In this document: one piece after another, positions 10,239 to 19,623 of the stretch
How the letters are laid out: every line of letters starts with the position of its first letter
Position numbering within the stretch: the stretch's first letter is position 1
NCBI GenBank assembly: GCA_965207885.1
Contig: OZ242311.1
Location: 3,872,001-3,936,000 of the forward strand
Source: Candidatus Latescibacterota bacterium
GTDB lineage: Bacteria > Latescibacterota > UBA2968
DNA: 64,000 nt
Direction: 5' to 3'
The notes under the pieces: model-generated
Told to the model about the DNA's origin: nothing
The model's database searches: none
What the model saw: only the letters and a program-made list of their open reading frames with translations
Made by a program: the position numbers and the translations under genes

Positions 10239-11057
10239 ATGACACCCATACCCATGACCGACGAGCAAAAATTCTTCTTCGACCTTCGCGGCTGGATCCT
10301 GCTGCCATCTGTGCTATCGGCAGCCGAGATAGAAGAGATGAAAGCCGAAGTATATGCCGGTGCCAGGAGGAGTTATGAGGGCGCGCTTCAGAACCTGCTG
10401 GACCACCCGGCAATCGTCGGCATTCTAAACGAAATTCTAACCGAGGAACCTTTTGTAAAAGACGATTGCTACGGCTTCCGCTGCGAAGGCTCCTTCACCA
10501 CCGTGCGACCTCCCGGATGGGACAAATCGGAACGGAGAGACAACGGCATGCCCCACGTCGTGCGTCCCCCCCAGCGAGCCAACGCCATGCGCTATCAGGT
10601 CGCGGGAAATAAAATTTTTGCCGGGCTGACCCGGGTCGTATGGGAACTCGAGGAAGTGGTGGCAGGACAGGGCGGAACCTCTTTTCTCAGCGGATCACAC
10701 AAAGCGCACTTCAATTACGGAGGCCCGGATCCGTTTCGACCAAATATCGGCGGTTCCCCCTATGAATCCAGTATGAGAGATGCAATGAATGATTATAGCT
10801 GCCCCGCAGGCTCGGTGGTTATCTTCACGGAAAGCCTGATCCACGCGGCCAACGACTGGATCAATCCGAATAACCCGAGATGCGCGGTCTTCAACTGCTA
10901 CAACTCCATCTGGGCACAATGGCATCGCCTCAACCTCGACCACGAAACAATCGAAGCCATGCCTCCGAAGCGGCGGACGCTCTTCCGCGGCACCTGGGCA
11001 ATTGGTGGCGGGCCAAATGGCAACCGCGAGTACTCCCTGGATAACAGAACCGTCTAA
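10239..11057 (+). CDS. PhyH-family Fe/2OG oxygenase-like protein with atypical iron motif
   Basis: EQKFFFDLRGW, WEL..V..G.GG...L.GSHK, PAGS..IFTESL.H..W, R. Start ATG 10239 after GGAGG. Confidence 0.8.
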   Translation: MTPIPMTDEQKFFFDLRGWILLPSVLSAAEIEEMKAEVYAGARRSYEGALQNLLDHPAIVGILNEILTEEPFVKDDCYGFRCEGSFTTVRPPGWDKSERRDNGMPHVVRPPQRANAMRYQVAGNKIFAGLTRVVWELEEVVAGQGGTSFLSGSHKAHFNYGGPDPFRPNIGGSPYESSMRDAMNDYSCPAGSVVIFTESLIHAANDWINPNNPRCAVFNCYNSIWAQWHRLNLDHETIEAMPPKRRTLFRGTWAIGGGPNGNREYSLDNRTV

Positions 11058-12817
11058 CGGCCTGTTCTATTCCGCATCTGTTCAACCACTGGCGTCACTG
11101 GCGCTTCGCCGCTATAAAGTGCCTGCCCCCGTTCGTAGGAAACCTCCACCTCGCCATCCTTCACCTCCAGCCGGGGCACATTGTATTCTCGCGCATCCCG
11201 ATCCGTGCCGCGCATTACGGCCAAATGTGCGTCCGTCATACCCTCCACCATATCGTCGCCCCAGCGGTTCCACGGATGCACGATTTCCCCGCCGCTGCGG
11301 TGAAAACTCCGCGACGAGTATTTGATTAAAATCCCTCGCCGCGGGATGGGATTCTTCCACGCCGTGGTGCCATGCGTCGTCGAGCCATCGGCAAAAAACA
11401 GCACATCTCCCGCCTCCATCACCAACTGCTTCACCAGCCCCATGTCATCGTCGCAGGACCGCACGCCCGGCGGCGTCGGGTATTTCCCCTTGTGAGAACC
11501 CGGAACACAGGCAAACCCGCCAAGACCGGGCGGAACATCCCGCAACTGCCATGTAATCGTCACCGCCTCCGAATAGCTCCGCCCATTCTGAAACTGATAG
11601 CCCATCGGCGGATACATCGGTTCCCCGGCATCGTGCAGCGCATGGCCAGACGTCCCCTGAACCGAACAAAACGCCGACGGACCACTCATTCGCGCGCCGC
11701 TCCCGCCCATCCACGTCAACCTGTGCTGCACAGGCGGGTGAGCCACCATCTTCCGAAACGGCTCGCAATACGGCTCGGGAAGATCCAGCAAACCGCCCAG
11801 CACCGGACGCCCCGTGCCCGCCAGACTCTTTGACCCCCGCGACAATTCCTCCTGCACCACAATCTGGTCTTCAAACTTGTCAATCGCCTCGTTCGCCTTC
11901 TCCAACCATTCCTCGTCCATCACCCCTTTGAGAATCAAATACCCGTTCAACTCCCAGAAATAGAACTCTTTTTCATCGATATTGGAATTGGGATCCCGAC
12001 TGTAAATTGAAGGGTGAAACACCTCTCGCGATTCATCTATTTTTACCGTCTCGCCATCCGTCACAATCACCGGCGGAGGCGTCGAATACGCATAATCCGG
12101 TTTGTAAAGCGACGCGCGCTGTTCGGGGCTGATCTCTGCCTGCCATTCAGGAGAGGGATCCTCCGCAACCATTGGACCCGTCCCGGCAGACTGAATCGCC
12201 GCCCGCCCCACATACTCGTAGCTCAACAATCTCCGAGACTCTTTGCTCGACCGCACCCCCTGCAACACCGTCCCCGCCACCAGAAATAGATCTCCGGCCT
12301 TTAGCAATGGCTGGAACGTCAGACCCATATCGTCCACACCCGTAGCCACGTCCTCTGGCGTCTCCACATTCACCTTGTGGGTACACGGCACCATCACAAA
12401 ACCACCATCGCCCTCTTCCACATCCTCAAGCGCCCAGATCGCCCGCACTGCCTGGCAATACCGGCGACCATTCTGAAAATAGTACGCCCTGGCAGGATTT
12501 CTCGGCTCATTGCCCCCCACCAGAGGCGCCTCTACATCCCAGGTCTCATCGCACAACAACTCTGGCTCCCGGTCCAGCCGGAACCCATGGCCCACAATCT
12601 GATTTAAATACCACACCAATTGTGGATGAATCATCAAATCCCGAAACAGATCCCGAAGTGGGGAATCCCATCTCAACATCCCCTCACTCTCCCCCCCTTT
12701 GTCCAGCGCCTCATTCAGCGCCTTCACCTCACCTCGGTTCAACACGCCCGGGATGTGCAAATAACCTGCCACATCAAAGCTGTAATTCTCCTCGTTGCTC
12801 ATCGCTTCCCGGTCCAT
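11054..12817 (-). CDS. Tandem two-domain PhyH-like protein (paralogue 1)
   Basis: Two internally homologous PhyH repeats (Y.FDVAGYL / FYFWELNGYL; GGF..VP..HK; AGD). Confidence 0.85.
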   Translation of the reverse strand: MDREAMSNEENYSFDVAGYLHIPGVLNRGEVKALNEALDKGGESEGMLRWDSPLRDLFRDLMIHPQLVWYLNQIVGHGFRLDREPELLCDETWDVEAPLVGGNEPRNPARAYYFQNGRRYCQAVRAIWALEDVEEGDGGFVMVPCTHKVNVETPEDVATGVDDMGLTFQPLLKAGDLFLVAGTVLQGVRSSKESRRLLSYEYVGRAAIQSAGTGPMVAEDPSPEWQAEISPEQRASLYKPDYAYSTPPPVIVTDGETVKIDESREVFHPSIYSRDPNSNIDEKEFYFWELNGYLILKGVMDEEWLEKANEAIDKFEDQIVVQEELSRGSKSLAGTGRPVLGGLLDLPEPYCEPFRKMVAHPPVQHRLTWMGGSGARMSGPSAFCSVQGTSGHALHDAGEPMYPPMGYQFQNGRSYSEAVTITWQLRDVPPGLGGFACVPGSHKGKYPTPPGVRSCDDDMGLVKQLVMEAGDVLFFADGSTTHGTTAWKNPIPRRGILIKYSSRSFHRSGGEIVHPWNRWGDDMVEGMTDAHLAVMRGTDRDAREYNVPRLEVKDGEVEVSYERGQALYSGEAPVTPVVEQMRNRTGR

Positions 12818-12864
12818 CGGTGACCTCCTGTAAGAAGATTGGGGTTTATTAGTGCATTTAATAC

Positions 12865-12914
12865 ATAGTAAGCTAATTTCTGGATCAATTCAAAATAAAA
12901 ATGCTTATACTGTT
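12865..12914 (-). promoter_or_regulatory. Putative sigma70 promoter of the tandem PhyH gene (TTGAAT-17-TACTAT) with AT-rich upstream block
   Basis: Same geometry at 17619-17668 (TTGAAT-17-TACCAT); 33 bp identical (12882-12914 = 17636-17668). Confidence 0.55.
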
Positions 12915-12960
12915 ACGAGGGTAGCAATTAAATCCAAAAACAGAAAAGGAATTACAAAAC

Positions 12961-13863
12961 ATGACCACACAAACGCGAAAATCGCCCGATGAAATCAAAA
13001 ACCTCCTCGAAGGTCCTGTCACATCAATACCGACACCTTTTCTCTCAAATGGAGACATCGACTGGAACGGTGTGGGCAACATCATCGAAATCGGCATTGG
13101 AGGCGGTAGCGGCGTCATCTTACTGACAGCGGGCGACAGCCAGTACTTCTGCCTGAGCGAAGACGAAATCGCGCAACTCACACAATTTACCATCGCGCGC
13201 ACCGCCGGTCGCGCCCTCACCATCGCCGCGACCGGGGCATGGCCCACCCGGCAAGCAGAAGCGTTCGCCCACAGATGCGTCGAATGGGGCGTAGATGCGC
13301 TCATGTCCGTCACCACATTCCACGGCTCAGACCCCGAAGGCGTGGCCGCCCACAATGCCGCAATCGGCAAAATCATCCCGGTAATGCTCGTCGGCTATCC
13401 CTCACACCGCGCACTGGATATGCTCATAGACGAACCCGGCATCTGCTGCTTCAAAGAAGACGGCGACACGGCCTATGCCGTAGAAACCCTGCAAAAATAC
13501 GGCCACCACTGGAAAATCATGACCGGAGGCACCCTGTGGCGTCACCTTCTCGAATGGCCCTTTGGCTGCACCACCTTCATGGACTGGTCCACCTCATTCG
13601 CCCCTTACATCGGCTCGGAATTCCACCAAGCTCTATGCCGCAACGACATAGTCGAAGCGCGGCGGATCACAGTCGAAATCGAACGCCCGCTCTGGGATCT
13701 GCAGCCCAATTTCCGGGGCGGATGGCAAACCATGTGGCGCGCCATCCTGGAACTCTACGGCGTCTCCGCCCGATATCTCAGATCCCCCCAACTCTCTGCC
13801 ACGGAAAAAGACATGGAATTTCTCCGTGCGTCCCTGGATCAAATCGGCCTGCTCCCCGAGTAA
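12961..13863 (+). CDS. Dihydrodipicolinate synthase/N-acetylneuraminate lyase (DapA) family aldolase
   Basis: TPF..NG.ID, LS..E, Schiff-base Lys in CCFKED; GTTGE replaced by AGDSQ, so not true DapA. Confidence 0.75.
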   Translation: MTTQTRKSPDEIKNLLEGPVTSIPTPFLSNGDIDWNGVGNIIEIGIGGGSGVILLTAGDSQYFCLSEDEIAQLTQFTIARTAGRALTIAATGAWPTRQAEAFAHRCVEWGVDALMSVTTFHGSDPEGVAAHNAAIGKIIPVMLVGYPSHRALDMLIDEPGICCFKEDGDTAYAVETLQKYGHHWKIMTGGTLWRHLLEWPFGCTTFMDWSTSFAPYIGSEFHQALCRNDIVEARRITVEIERPLWDLQPNFRGGWQTMWRAILELYGVSARYLRSPQLSATEKDMEFLRASLDQIGLLPE

Positions 13864-13865
13864 TA

Positions 13866-15173
13866 TTAAGGCAACGCATACACCCACATAAACCTTCGGT
13901 CGTAAATCAGAGCCTCATCTCTACCGTCATTGTTCATATCACACACCTGCATCGCATAGCTATAACCGATATCGTCGAGCCGCGTACGCTCCAAAATACC
14001 CGCCGGACAATCGGGATGTTTGGCATTTGCCGGTGGAGAAAACGCCAGCGATATCTCGCCGTCTCCATCCATCCCCCAGGGCCATCCGCCATCGGCATAC
14101 CCGATCCATGTCTGGCTCCCCCGAAGCGCGATAATCGGCCGGTTTCTGTGCATGCGGAGCTTTTCCCCGCCTCTGGGAAAACCCATCGGCCAGACCCGCT
14201 CGGTGGGCCTGCTCCACACTTCTGTGCCATCTGGTCCGTAGAGCACCATAGGGCCATCTGGCGAATTGTAGAGCGCGACCTGAAATTCAGAATCCGAACG
14301 AAAGCGTCCCAGAGCCGTACCCTGGCAATGAATGTGTTCTCTCGAAAAATAAGTCCCGCCTCCCGCCCCAAAAAGGTGCAACTTGTCGGACGCGGCAATA
14401 GAAAAAACTGGCCCGCTGGCAGTGTGAAACACATCCGTGTAATCCACATGCTGTTGGTCTGCATTCAGTGTTTCCGAGTCAACAGCATCCATCGTCCACA
14501 AAATCTGCCCGTCCATGCCCACGGCACAGTATCCGATCAGATACACCTGCTCGCCATCCACATCCAGAGACAAAATGTGGTGTCCACCTCCCGGAACGGC
14601 TTTGGGGCCCCATACCGGCTCCAGATCTGCATTCAAACCCAGCACTGGCTCGCCATATCGCCACGAACCATTTCCCATCTCTCCATTTTTGATCGCAATA
14701 GCGGCCTCGTGTTTATCGGTGGGCCGTACAGCGGTCTGGAGGATATAGTAATTCTCATCGGGAAGACGGGCACTCTTTACCTCCTCCCCTGTCTCGCCAT
14801 CCAGGACCACAACCCTATCGCCATCAGCTAAGACCACCTCAATGCGCCCGTCCCCATCAATATCCCCCGTGGCGATACAGGCTTCATAGGAGTGAGAGAT
14901 ATAGGGGATATACGGCGGATTTGGCTTTCCCCACGTCCACATGCGTCGGCCATCTGCGCGAAACGCCGAGACAGACACCGTCTCGGGAAACAGCGCGCTT
15001 ACAAAATCCCAACTCCGGAACGGCTCTGGCCCAAAGATGCCCGGCCCCTGATAGGTGATAATCTCCGGAACTCCATCTCCGTCGATATCCGCCGGAAAAC
15101 ACTCTGCCCCGCCGTATTCCTCAAATGCAATTTCAAACAAACACGATACCGTTGCCATTATCGCCTCCTGCAC
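13866..15173 (-). CDS. FG-GAP/VCBS-repeat beta-propeller protein (polysaccharide-lyase-like)
   Basis: Repeated D-I-D-G-D-G-x-x-E-I motifs (ADIDGDGVPEII, GDIDGDGRIEVV, DMNNDGRDEAL), GHH, HVD, HCQ. Confidence 0.6.
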   Translation of the reverse strand: MQEAIMATVSCLFEIAFEEYGGAECFPADIDGDGVPEIITYQGPGIFGPEPFRSWDFVSALFPETVSVSAFRADGRRMWTWGKPNPPYIPYISHSYEACIATGDIDGDGRIEVVLADGDRVVVLDGETGEEVKSARLPDENYYILQTAVRPTDKHEAAIAIKNGEMGNGSWRYGEPVLGLNADLEPVWGPKAVPGGGHHILSLDVDGEQVYLIGYCAVGMDGQILWTMDAVDSETLNADQQHVDYTDVFHTASGPVFSIAASDKLHLFGAGGGTYFSREHIHCQGTALGRFRSDSEFQVALYNSPDGPMVLYGPDGTEVWSRPTERVWPMGFPRGGEKLRMHRNRPIIALRGSQTWIGYADGGWPWGMDGDGEISLAFSPPANAKHPDCPAGILERTRLDDIGYSYAMQVCDMNNDGRDEALIYDRRFMWVYALP

Positions 15174-15202
15174 AAAACCGGGACTTGCGATAAGCCCCGG
15201 TT

Positions 15203-15820
15203 CTATAGCCCTTGCAACTCAATCTCACCAGCGGCAATGCGCTGCAACGTCCGGACGTAAAGCCTGTGTTCCTGTTGCAGCACCCGGGCCGATAGGGTCT
15301 CGACCGAATCTCCAGGCTCAACCGGCACCTGGACCTGGTCCAAAACCTGACCGTGGTCGTATTCTTCGTCAACCAGATGCACTGTAGCCCCGGTCTCGCG
15401 CTTACCCGCGGCCAACACCGCCCGATGCACGACATCTCCGTAAAAACCCTGACCGCCAAACCTCGGCAACAGGGATGGATGGATATTGAGAACGCGCCCC
15501 CTGTACGCTGCCAAAGTCCGCGGCCCCAACCGTTTCATATACCCGGCAAGGCAGACCACCTCGACCCCATACGCCTGCAAAATCGCCAGAATAGCCTCAT
15601 CCAGAGCACCGGGCTTGGGATGGGTATAAGTACTCAAATGTGCTGCTGGCACGCCCATCTTTCTCGCCCGCTGTAGAGCACCGGAATCCGAGTTATTGCT
15701 GATAACCACCCGGGGCCTGGCCTGCAAGCGTCCTGTTTTGCAAGCATCGAGGATAGCCTGCAAATTGGTGCCTCTGTGCGAAGCCAGAAAGCCCAGTTGC
15801 AAGACCCTTCTACTCGGCAT
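15203..15820 (-). CDS. purN: Phosphoribosylglycinamide formyltransferase
   Basis: S.RGTNLQAI, CLAGYMKRL, LNIHPSLLPRFGG, TGATVHLVDEEYDHG, EH. Confidence 0.92.
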   Translation of the reverse strand: MPSRRVLQLGFLASHRGTNLQAILDACKTGRLQARPRVVISNNSDSGALQRARKMGVPAAHLSTYTHPKPGALDEAILAILQAYGVEVVCLAGYMKRLGPRTLAAYRGRVLNIHPSLLPRFGGQGFYGDVVHRAVLAAGKRETGATVHLVDEEYDHGQVLDQVQVPVEPGDSVETLSARVLQQEHRLYVRTLQRIAAGEIELQGL

Positions 15821-15832
15821 TTTCGTTCCTTC

Positions 15833-17572
15833 CTATCCTGACTTCTCCCCCGGCTTGCGATAAGACGCCGCATAGCGATCCCCTTCCGGATCGTACGACA
15901 CATGCACCTGTCCATCCCGCACGACCAACCTGGGCACTGTGCGATCCCATCCATCGCGCTCGGGGCCGCGCATAACCGCAAACTGTTCCTCCGTCATATC
16001 TTCGACCATATCGCCCCAGCGCTCCTGGGGATCGATCACGCCACCACCCCAGTTGGAATTTTTAGACTGATATTTAACCAGCACGCCCCGTCTGGGAATC
16101 GGATTTTTCCACGCCAGCGCGCCGTGTGTACACCCGCCATCCATAAAAAATAACACATCTCCCGCTTTCATTGCCGGCTGCACCACCAGCCCCATCGTCT
16201 CGTCGCATGTACGGATTCCCGGAGGCATCGAATACTGCGTCTTATGAGAACCCGGCACACAGGCAAACCCACCCAACTCCGGCTCCACATCCCGCAACTG
16301 CCACGTAATCGTCACTGTCTCGCAATAACTCCGCCCATTCTTAAACTGGTAGCCCCGCGAAGGGCTCATCGGCTCATTCCCATCGTGCAACGCGTGGCCC
16401 GACGTCCCTTGCACAGCGCAAAACACGGTACCGCCACCCGTGCGATACCCGCTGGCTCCCATCCAGTTCAGCCGATGCACCACAGCGGGATGGGCAATCA
16501 TGCGCCGGAAAGGCTCGCAATAAGGCGCGGGCAAATCCACCAGCCCCGGCAACAACGGCCGCCCCGTTCCCGCTTGACTCTTTGAACCTCGCGCCAGTTC
16601 TGCACCAACCTCAATCCGATCCTGAAATTTATCCACCGCCTCATTCGCCTTTTCCAGCCATTCTTCGTCCATCACCCCACGCACCACCAGATACCCATTC
16701 AAATCCCAAAAATAAAATTCTTTCTCATCAATTTTTGAATTTGGATCCCGAATATAAATCGAAGGATGAATCACCTCAGAATTCTCCTCCACCCGCGTCT
16801 TTTCGCCATCGGTATTCAGCACTGGCGGTGGATTAGATCCCTTAGCCCCCGGCCTGTACATCACCGCCTTCTGTTCGGGAGGCGCACTCTCCGTCCACTC
16901 GGGTCGCGTTTCGGTCTCAGCCCCCGGTCCCGGTCCATTCGACTGAATGACCGCCCGCCCTGCATACCAGTACGTCAACAGCCGTTTCGATGAACCCGTC
17001 CACGGACGCATCCCCTGCAAAGCAGATTCCGCCAGCAAAAACAAATCGCCCGCCTTTAGCACCGGCTGTTTCACCAAACCCATATCGTCCTGCCCCGTCG
17101 CCAGATCCCCGGGTGTTTCCACATTGCTCTTGTGACTCGCCTGAACCACCACAAGTCCGCCATCTCCATCCTCCACATCCTCCAGCACCCAGACCGCCTT
17201 CACCCCCTGGCACGACCGACGACCATTTTGAATAAAATACGCCCGGGACGGATTCCGAGGTTCATCTCCGCCAAACAGGCCCTGCCCGATCTCCCCCTCC
17301 CGGCTCCCCAACAACCGGGGTGCCTGATCCAGCCGGAACCCATGTCCGATAATCTGGTTCAAATACCAGACCAGTTGCGGATGCACCAGCAAATTTCGAA
17401 ACAGATCCCGCTGGGGTGCCTCCCAACCCAGCATGCCTTCGGATCCACCCACTTCGTCCAGCGCCCTGTTCAAAGTCTCAACTTCCCCGCGACTCAACAC
17501 CCCTGGAACGTGCAAATATCCGGCGACATCAAACGCATAGTTCTCTTCATTGCTCATCTCTTCCCGGTCCAT
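15833..17572 (-). CDS. Tandem two-domain PhyH-like protein (paralogue 2)
   Basis: Colinear paralogue of 11054-12817 from the first residue (MDRE.MSNEENY.FDVAGYLH). Confidence 0.85.
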   Translation of the reverse strand: MDREEMSNEENYAFDVAGYLHVPGVLSRGEVETLNRALDEVGGSEGMLGWEAPQRDLFRNLLVHPQLVWYLNQIIGHGFRLDQAPRLLGSREGEIGQGLFGGDEPRNPSRAYFIQNGRRSCQGVKAVWVLEDVEDGDGGLVVVQASHKSNVETPGDLATGQDDMGLVKQPVLKAGDLFLLAESALQGMRPWTGSSKRLLTYWYAGRAVIQSNGPGPGAETETRPEWTESAPPEQKAVMYRPGAKGSNPPPVLNTDGEKTRVEENSEVIHPSIYIRDPNSKIDEKEFYFWDLNGYLVVRGVMDEEWLEKANEAVDKFQDRIEVGAELARGSKSQAGTGRPLLPGLVDLPAPYCEPFRRMIAHPAVVHRLNWMGASGYRTGGGTVFCAVQGTSGHALHDGNEPMSPSRGYQFKNGRSYCETVTITWQLRDVEPELGGFACVPGSHKTQYSMPPGIRTCDETMGLVVQPAMKAGDVLFFMDGGCTHGALAWKNPIPRRGVLVKYQSKNSNWGGGVIDPQERWGDMVEDMTEEQFAVMRGPERDGWDRTVPRLVVRDGQVHVSYDPEGDRYAASYRKPGEKSG

Positions 17573-17618
17573 CTCTGACCTCCTCTTGGAAAATTGGGGT
17601 TATTGATGCATCTAAAAC

Positions 17619-17668
17619 ATGGTACGCCAATTTTCGGATCAATTCAAAATAAAAATGCTTATACTGTT
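17619..17668 (-). promoter_or_regulatory. Putative sigma70 promoter (TTGAAT-17-TACCAT), duplicate of 12865-12914
   Basis: Conserved between the two paralogue upstream regions. Confidence 0.55.
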
Positions 17669-17761
17669 GTGAAATCGAATTTTTGTACAAAAAAATGAGA
17701 GACTTACAGATAAACATAAGTCCCTCTCGCAACTTGCTGTGAAATTTTCTTTACCCAGCGA

Positions 17762-18151
17762 TTATTCGAGTTCGTCCAAAATAAGCCTTAAAACTTCAAG
17801 GCCATTGATCGGTGCATGGTTCACCACTTGGTTCTTGGCTCCTTCGTGAAGATGATCGGGAAATGTATCTATCTCAGGATGGTGCGGGGCATTATCCCAA
17901 CGTTTGATCAACTTTCCAGTGCTGGTCTGCCAGTGATGACGATATTTGGTCACTTCCAGGCTACTCCGTAATTCCAGAACCCGTTCCGTCATCTCGACAA
18001 GCCCACCATCTGCCAACGTTACACGATAACGGTAATTCAGAACCTTTTCCAGTTCGGTATCCCGAATAGACCGTCTGAGAATCTGTACTTCCCTGACAAG
18101 TGGATTTGCGCTGAGGAGTTCATCAATTTGCTGAAGGTACGTCTCTATCAT
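17762..18151 (-). CDS. DUF6516/TumE-like putative toxin
   Basis: KYRHHWQ...G.LI.RWDNAPHH..I.TFP.HLH signature; 129 aa; 4-nt overlap with the upstream small gene. Confidence 0.7.
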   Translation of the reverse strand: MIETYLQQIDELLSANPLVREVQILRRSIRDTELEKVLNYRYRVTLADGGLVEMTERVLELRSSLEVTKYRHHWQTSTGKLIKRWDNAPHHPEIDTFPDHLHEGAKNQVVNHAPINGLEVLRLILDELE

Positions 18152-18453
18152 TCTTCAACCACTGCACGCAAGGCTTTAACTCGCTCCCTGTAAAGCTGCA
18201 TATCGTCATAAAGGCCCATCCACTCCATAAAGTCAGCTACATCATCCAATTCTCCAGCCATAAATTGCCGGTGGCATTCCTCAGAACTCATACTATACCG
18301 CCGCTCAAAGGGTTTTAAATCCCTCTTGACCTCTTCAATTTGTTTTTCATATTTCTGCAAATGCAAATAAATCAATTTTTGCAGTGCCTGATGGGCGAGA
18401 TAGCCTGCTCCAATATTCTCCATAGCCTGGATTTTCTCAATTAAGGTACTCAT
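18148..18453 (-). CDS. Putative antitoxin (TumA-like)
   Basis: 101 aa, L..FERRY.MSSEE....F.AGEL.D..DF.EW motif, upstream of and overlapping the DUF6516-like gene. Confidence 0.65.
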   Translation of the reverse strand: MSTLIEKIQAMENIGAGYLAHQALQKLIYLHLQKYEKQIEEVKRDLKPFERRYSMSSEECHRQFMAGELDDVADFMEWMGLYDDMQLYRERVKALRAVVEE

Positions 18454-18573
18454 GATGGCCCTCCAGTCGCCCTCAATATTGTCACGACAGGCAGAACTTG
18501 GCTTTCTTACAAGATTGACTAAAATAAGCTGGAAATATGCTAAAAATGCAATAAAATTATCAAGTACGGGCGA

Positions 18574-19590
18574 TTAAATCTGATGCACCGCCTTGCGCTT
18601 CGCGCGCATACTGGCGTGTGATTCTGGCGACCCATCGTGAAACGTCCCAAACCAGTAATCGAACGGAAAATCATTCTCTCCGTAATTGCACTCAAAATAG
18701 CGGTGATGCAACTGGTGAAAAAACGACGCCGCGGGCATTCTATCACTCCTTCCCACCTCAATTTTATCAAACCCCACATGCCCCTGCGCTGGCGTAAACG
18801 CCGCATGTTGTGCGTTCATCAACATGTGAATCGGATGGGACGGCACCACCCAGTGGATCAAAATACAGCTAAAATACAACAAATGCTCAATCGGATGCAT
18901 AGCCAGCCCGGACCACGGCCCGATATTGATATTCTTGTGATGCAAATAATGCGCGGACTTGTACAGCGGTTTCCAGTGGGTCAGGCGGTGAACCCAATAA
19001 AAATGGAAAAGCCGCCAGAACTGAATACCGCATAGCAACGCAACAAAGTAGATCGGTTCTGTGCGCCAATCGACATAGGGAATTATCTCGTTCGCAAATG
19101 CCCACATAGAAACCACTTCATAAGCCGTCCAGATCGTGCCCCCACTCACACAACTCCAGAAAATATTATCGCGCAGTTGATTGCCCCACAAAAACTTGCG
19201 ATTCGATGTGGCGAGCCATTTCGACGTGTATTTATACCGCGTGCCCTGCGCCTTGAACCTGTAAAAATACACATGCCACGCGCCCGCGATAACAATTAGC
19301 ATCGCAATATTGCGCACGAACATCTCGGCAATCCAATCCACGCGAAATTCCACACAGCGCTCGAGCGCGGGTTGCAAATAAAGCCATGTTCCAATGGCAA
19401 TAAGCATATAAATCGCATTCCATGGCCACAAATAGCCCGGAAAACCAAACATCCACTTCAACGCCTCAACAGGACGCGGAGGCCATGCAAAAATCGGCGC
19501 AGGCGCCGGGCGTTTTGCGGGCTGCCACTCGCCACTTTCATCTCGGGCAACGCCATCTACAACTTCCTTCTCCACTCTGGTATCAGCCAT
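18574..19590 (-). CDS. Sterol desaturase/fatty acid hydroxylase superfamily membrane di-iron enzyme
   Basis: His boxes HFYWVHRLTH, HYLHH, HP.E, GHVGF, HQLHH..FECNYG, D.WFGT. Confidence 0.88.
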   Translation of the reverse strand: MADTRVEKEVVDGVARDESGEWQPAKRPAPAPIFAWPPRPVEALKWMFGFPGYLWPWNAIYMLIAIGTWLYLQPALERCVEFRVDWIAEMFVRNIAMLIVIAGAWHVYFYRFKAQGTRYKYTSKWLATSNRKFLWGNQLRDNIFWSCVSGGTIWTAYEVVSMWAFANEIIPYVDWRTEPIYFVALLCGIQFWRLFHFYWVHRLTHWKPLYKSAHYLHHKNINIGPWSGLAMHPIEHLLYFSCILIHWVVPSHPIHMLMNAQHAAFTPAQGHVGFDKIEVGRSDRMPAASFFHQLHHRYFECNYGENDFPFDYWFGTFHDGSPESHASMRAKRKAVHQI

Positions 19591-19623
19591 TGTACACTCT
19601 CCTCGAATGGTTGAGACTACGTA

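Noticed and set aside
13239-14831. Long alternative ORFs (also 37552-38886, 41712-43166, 53958-54944, 56977-58302, 60673-62613)
   Set aside because: Shadow frames of well-supported genes; Arg/His/Pro-rich or motif-free, as expected in GC-biased coding DNA
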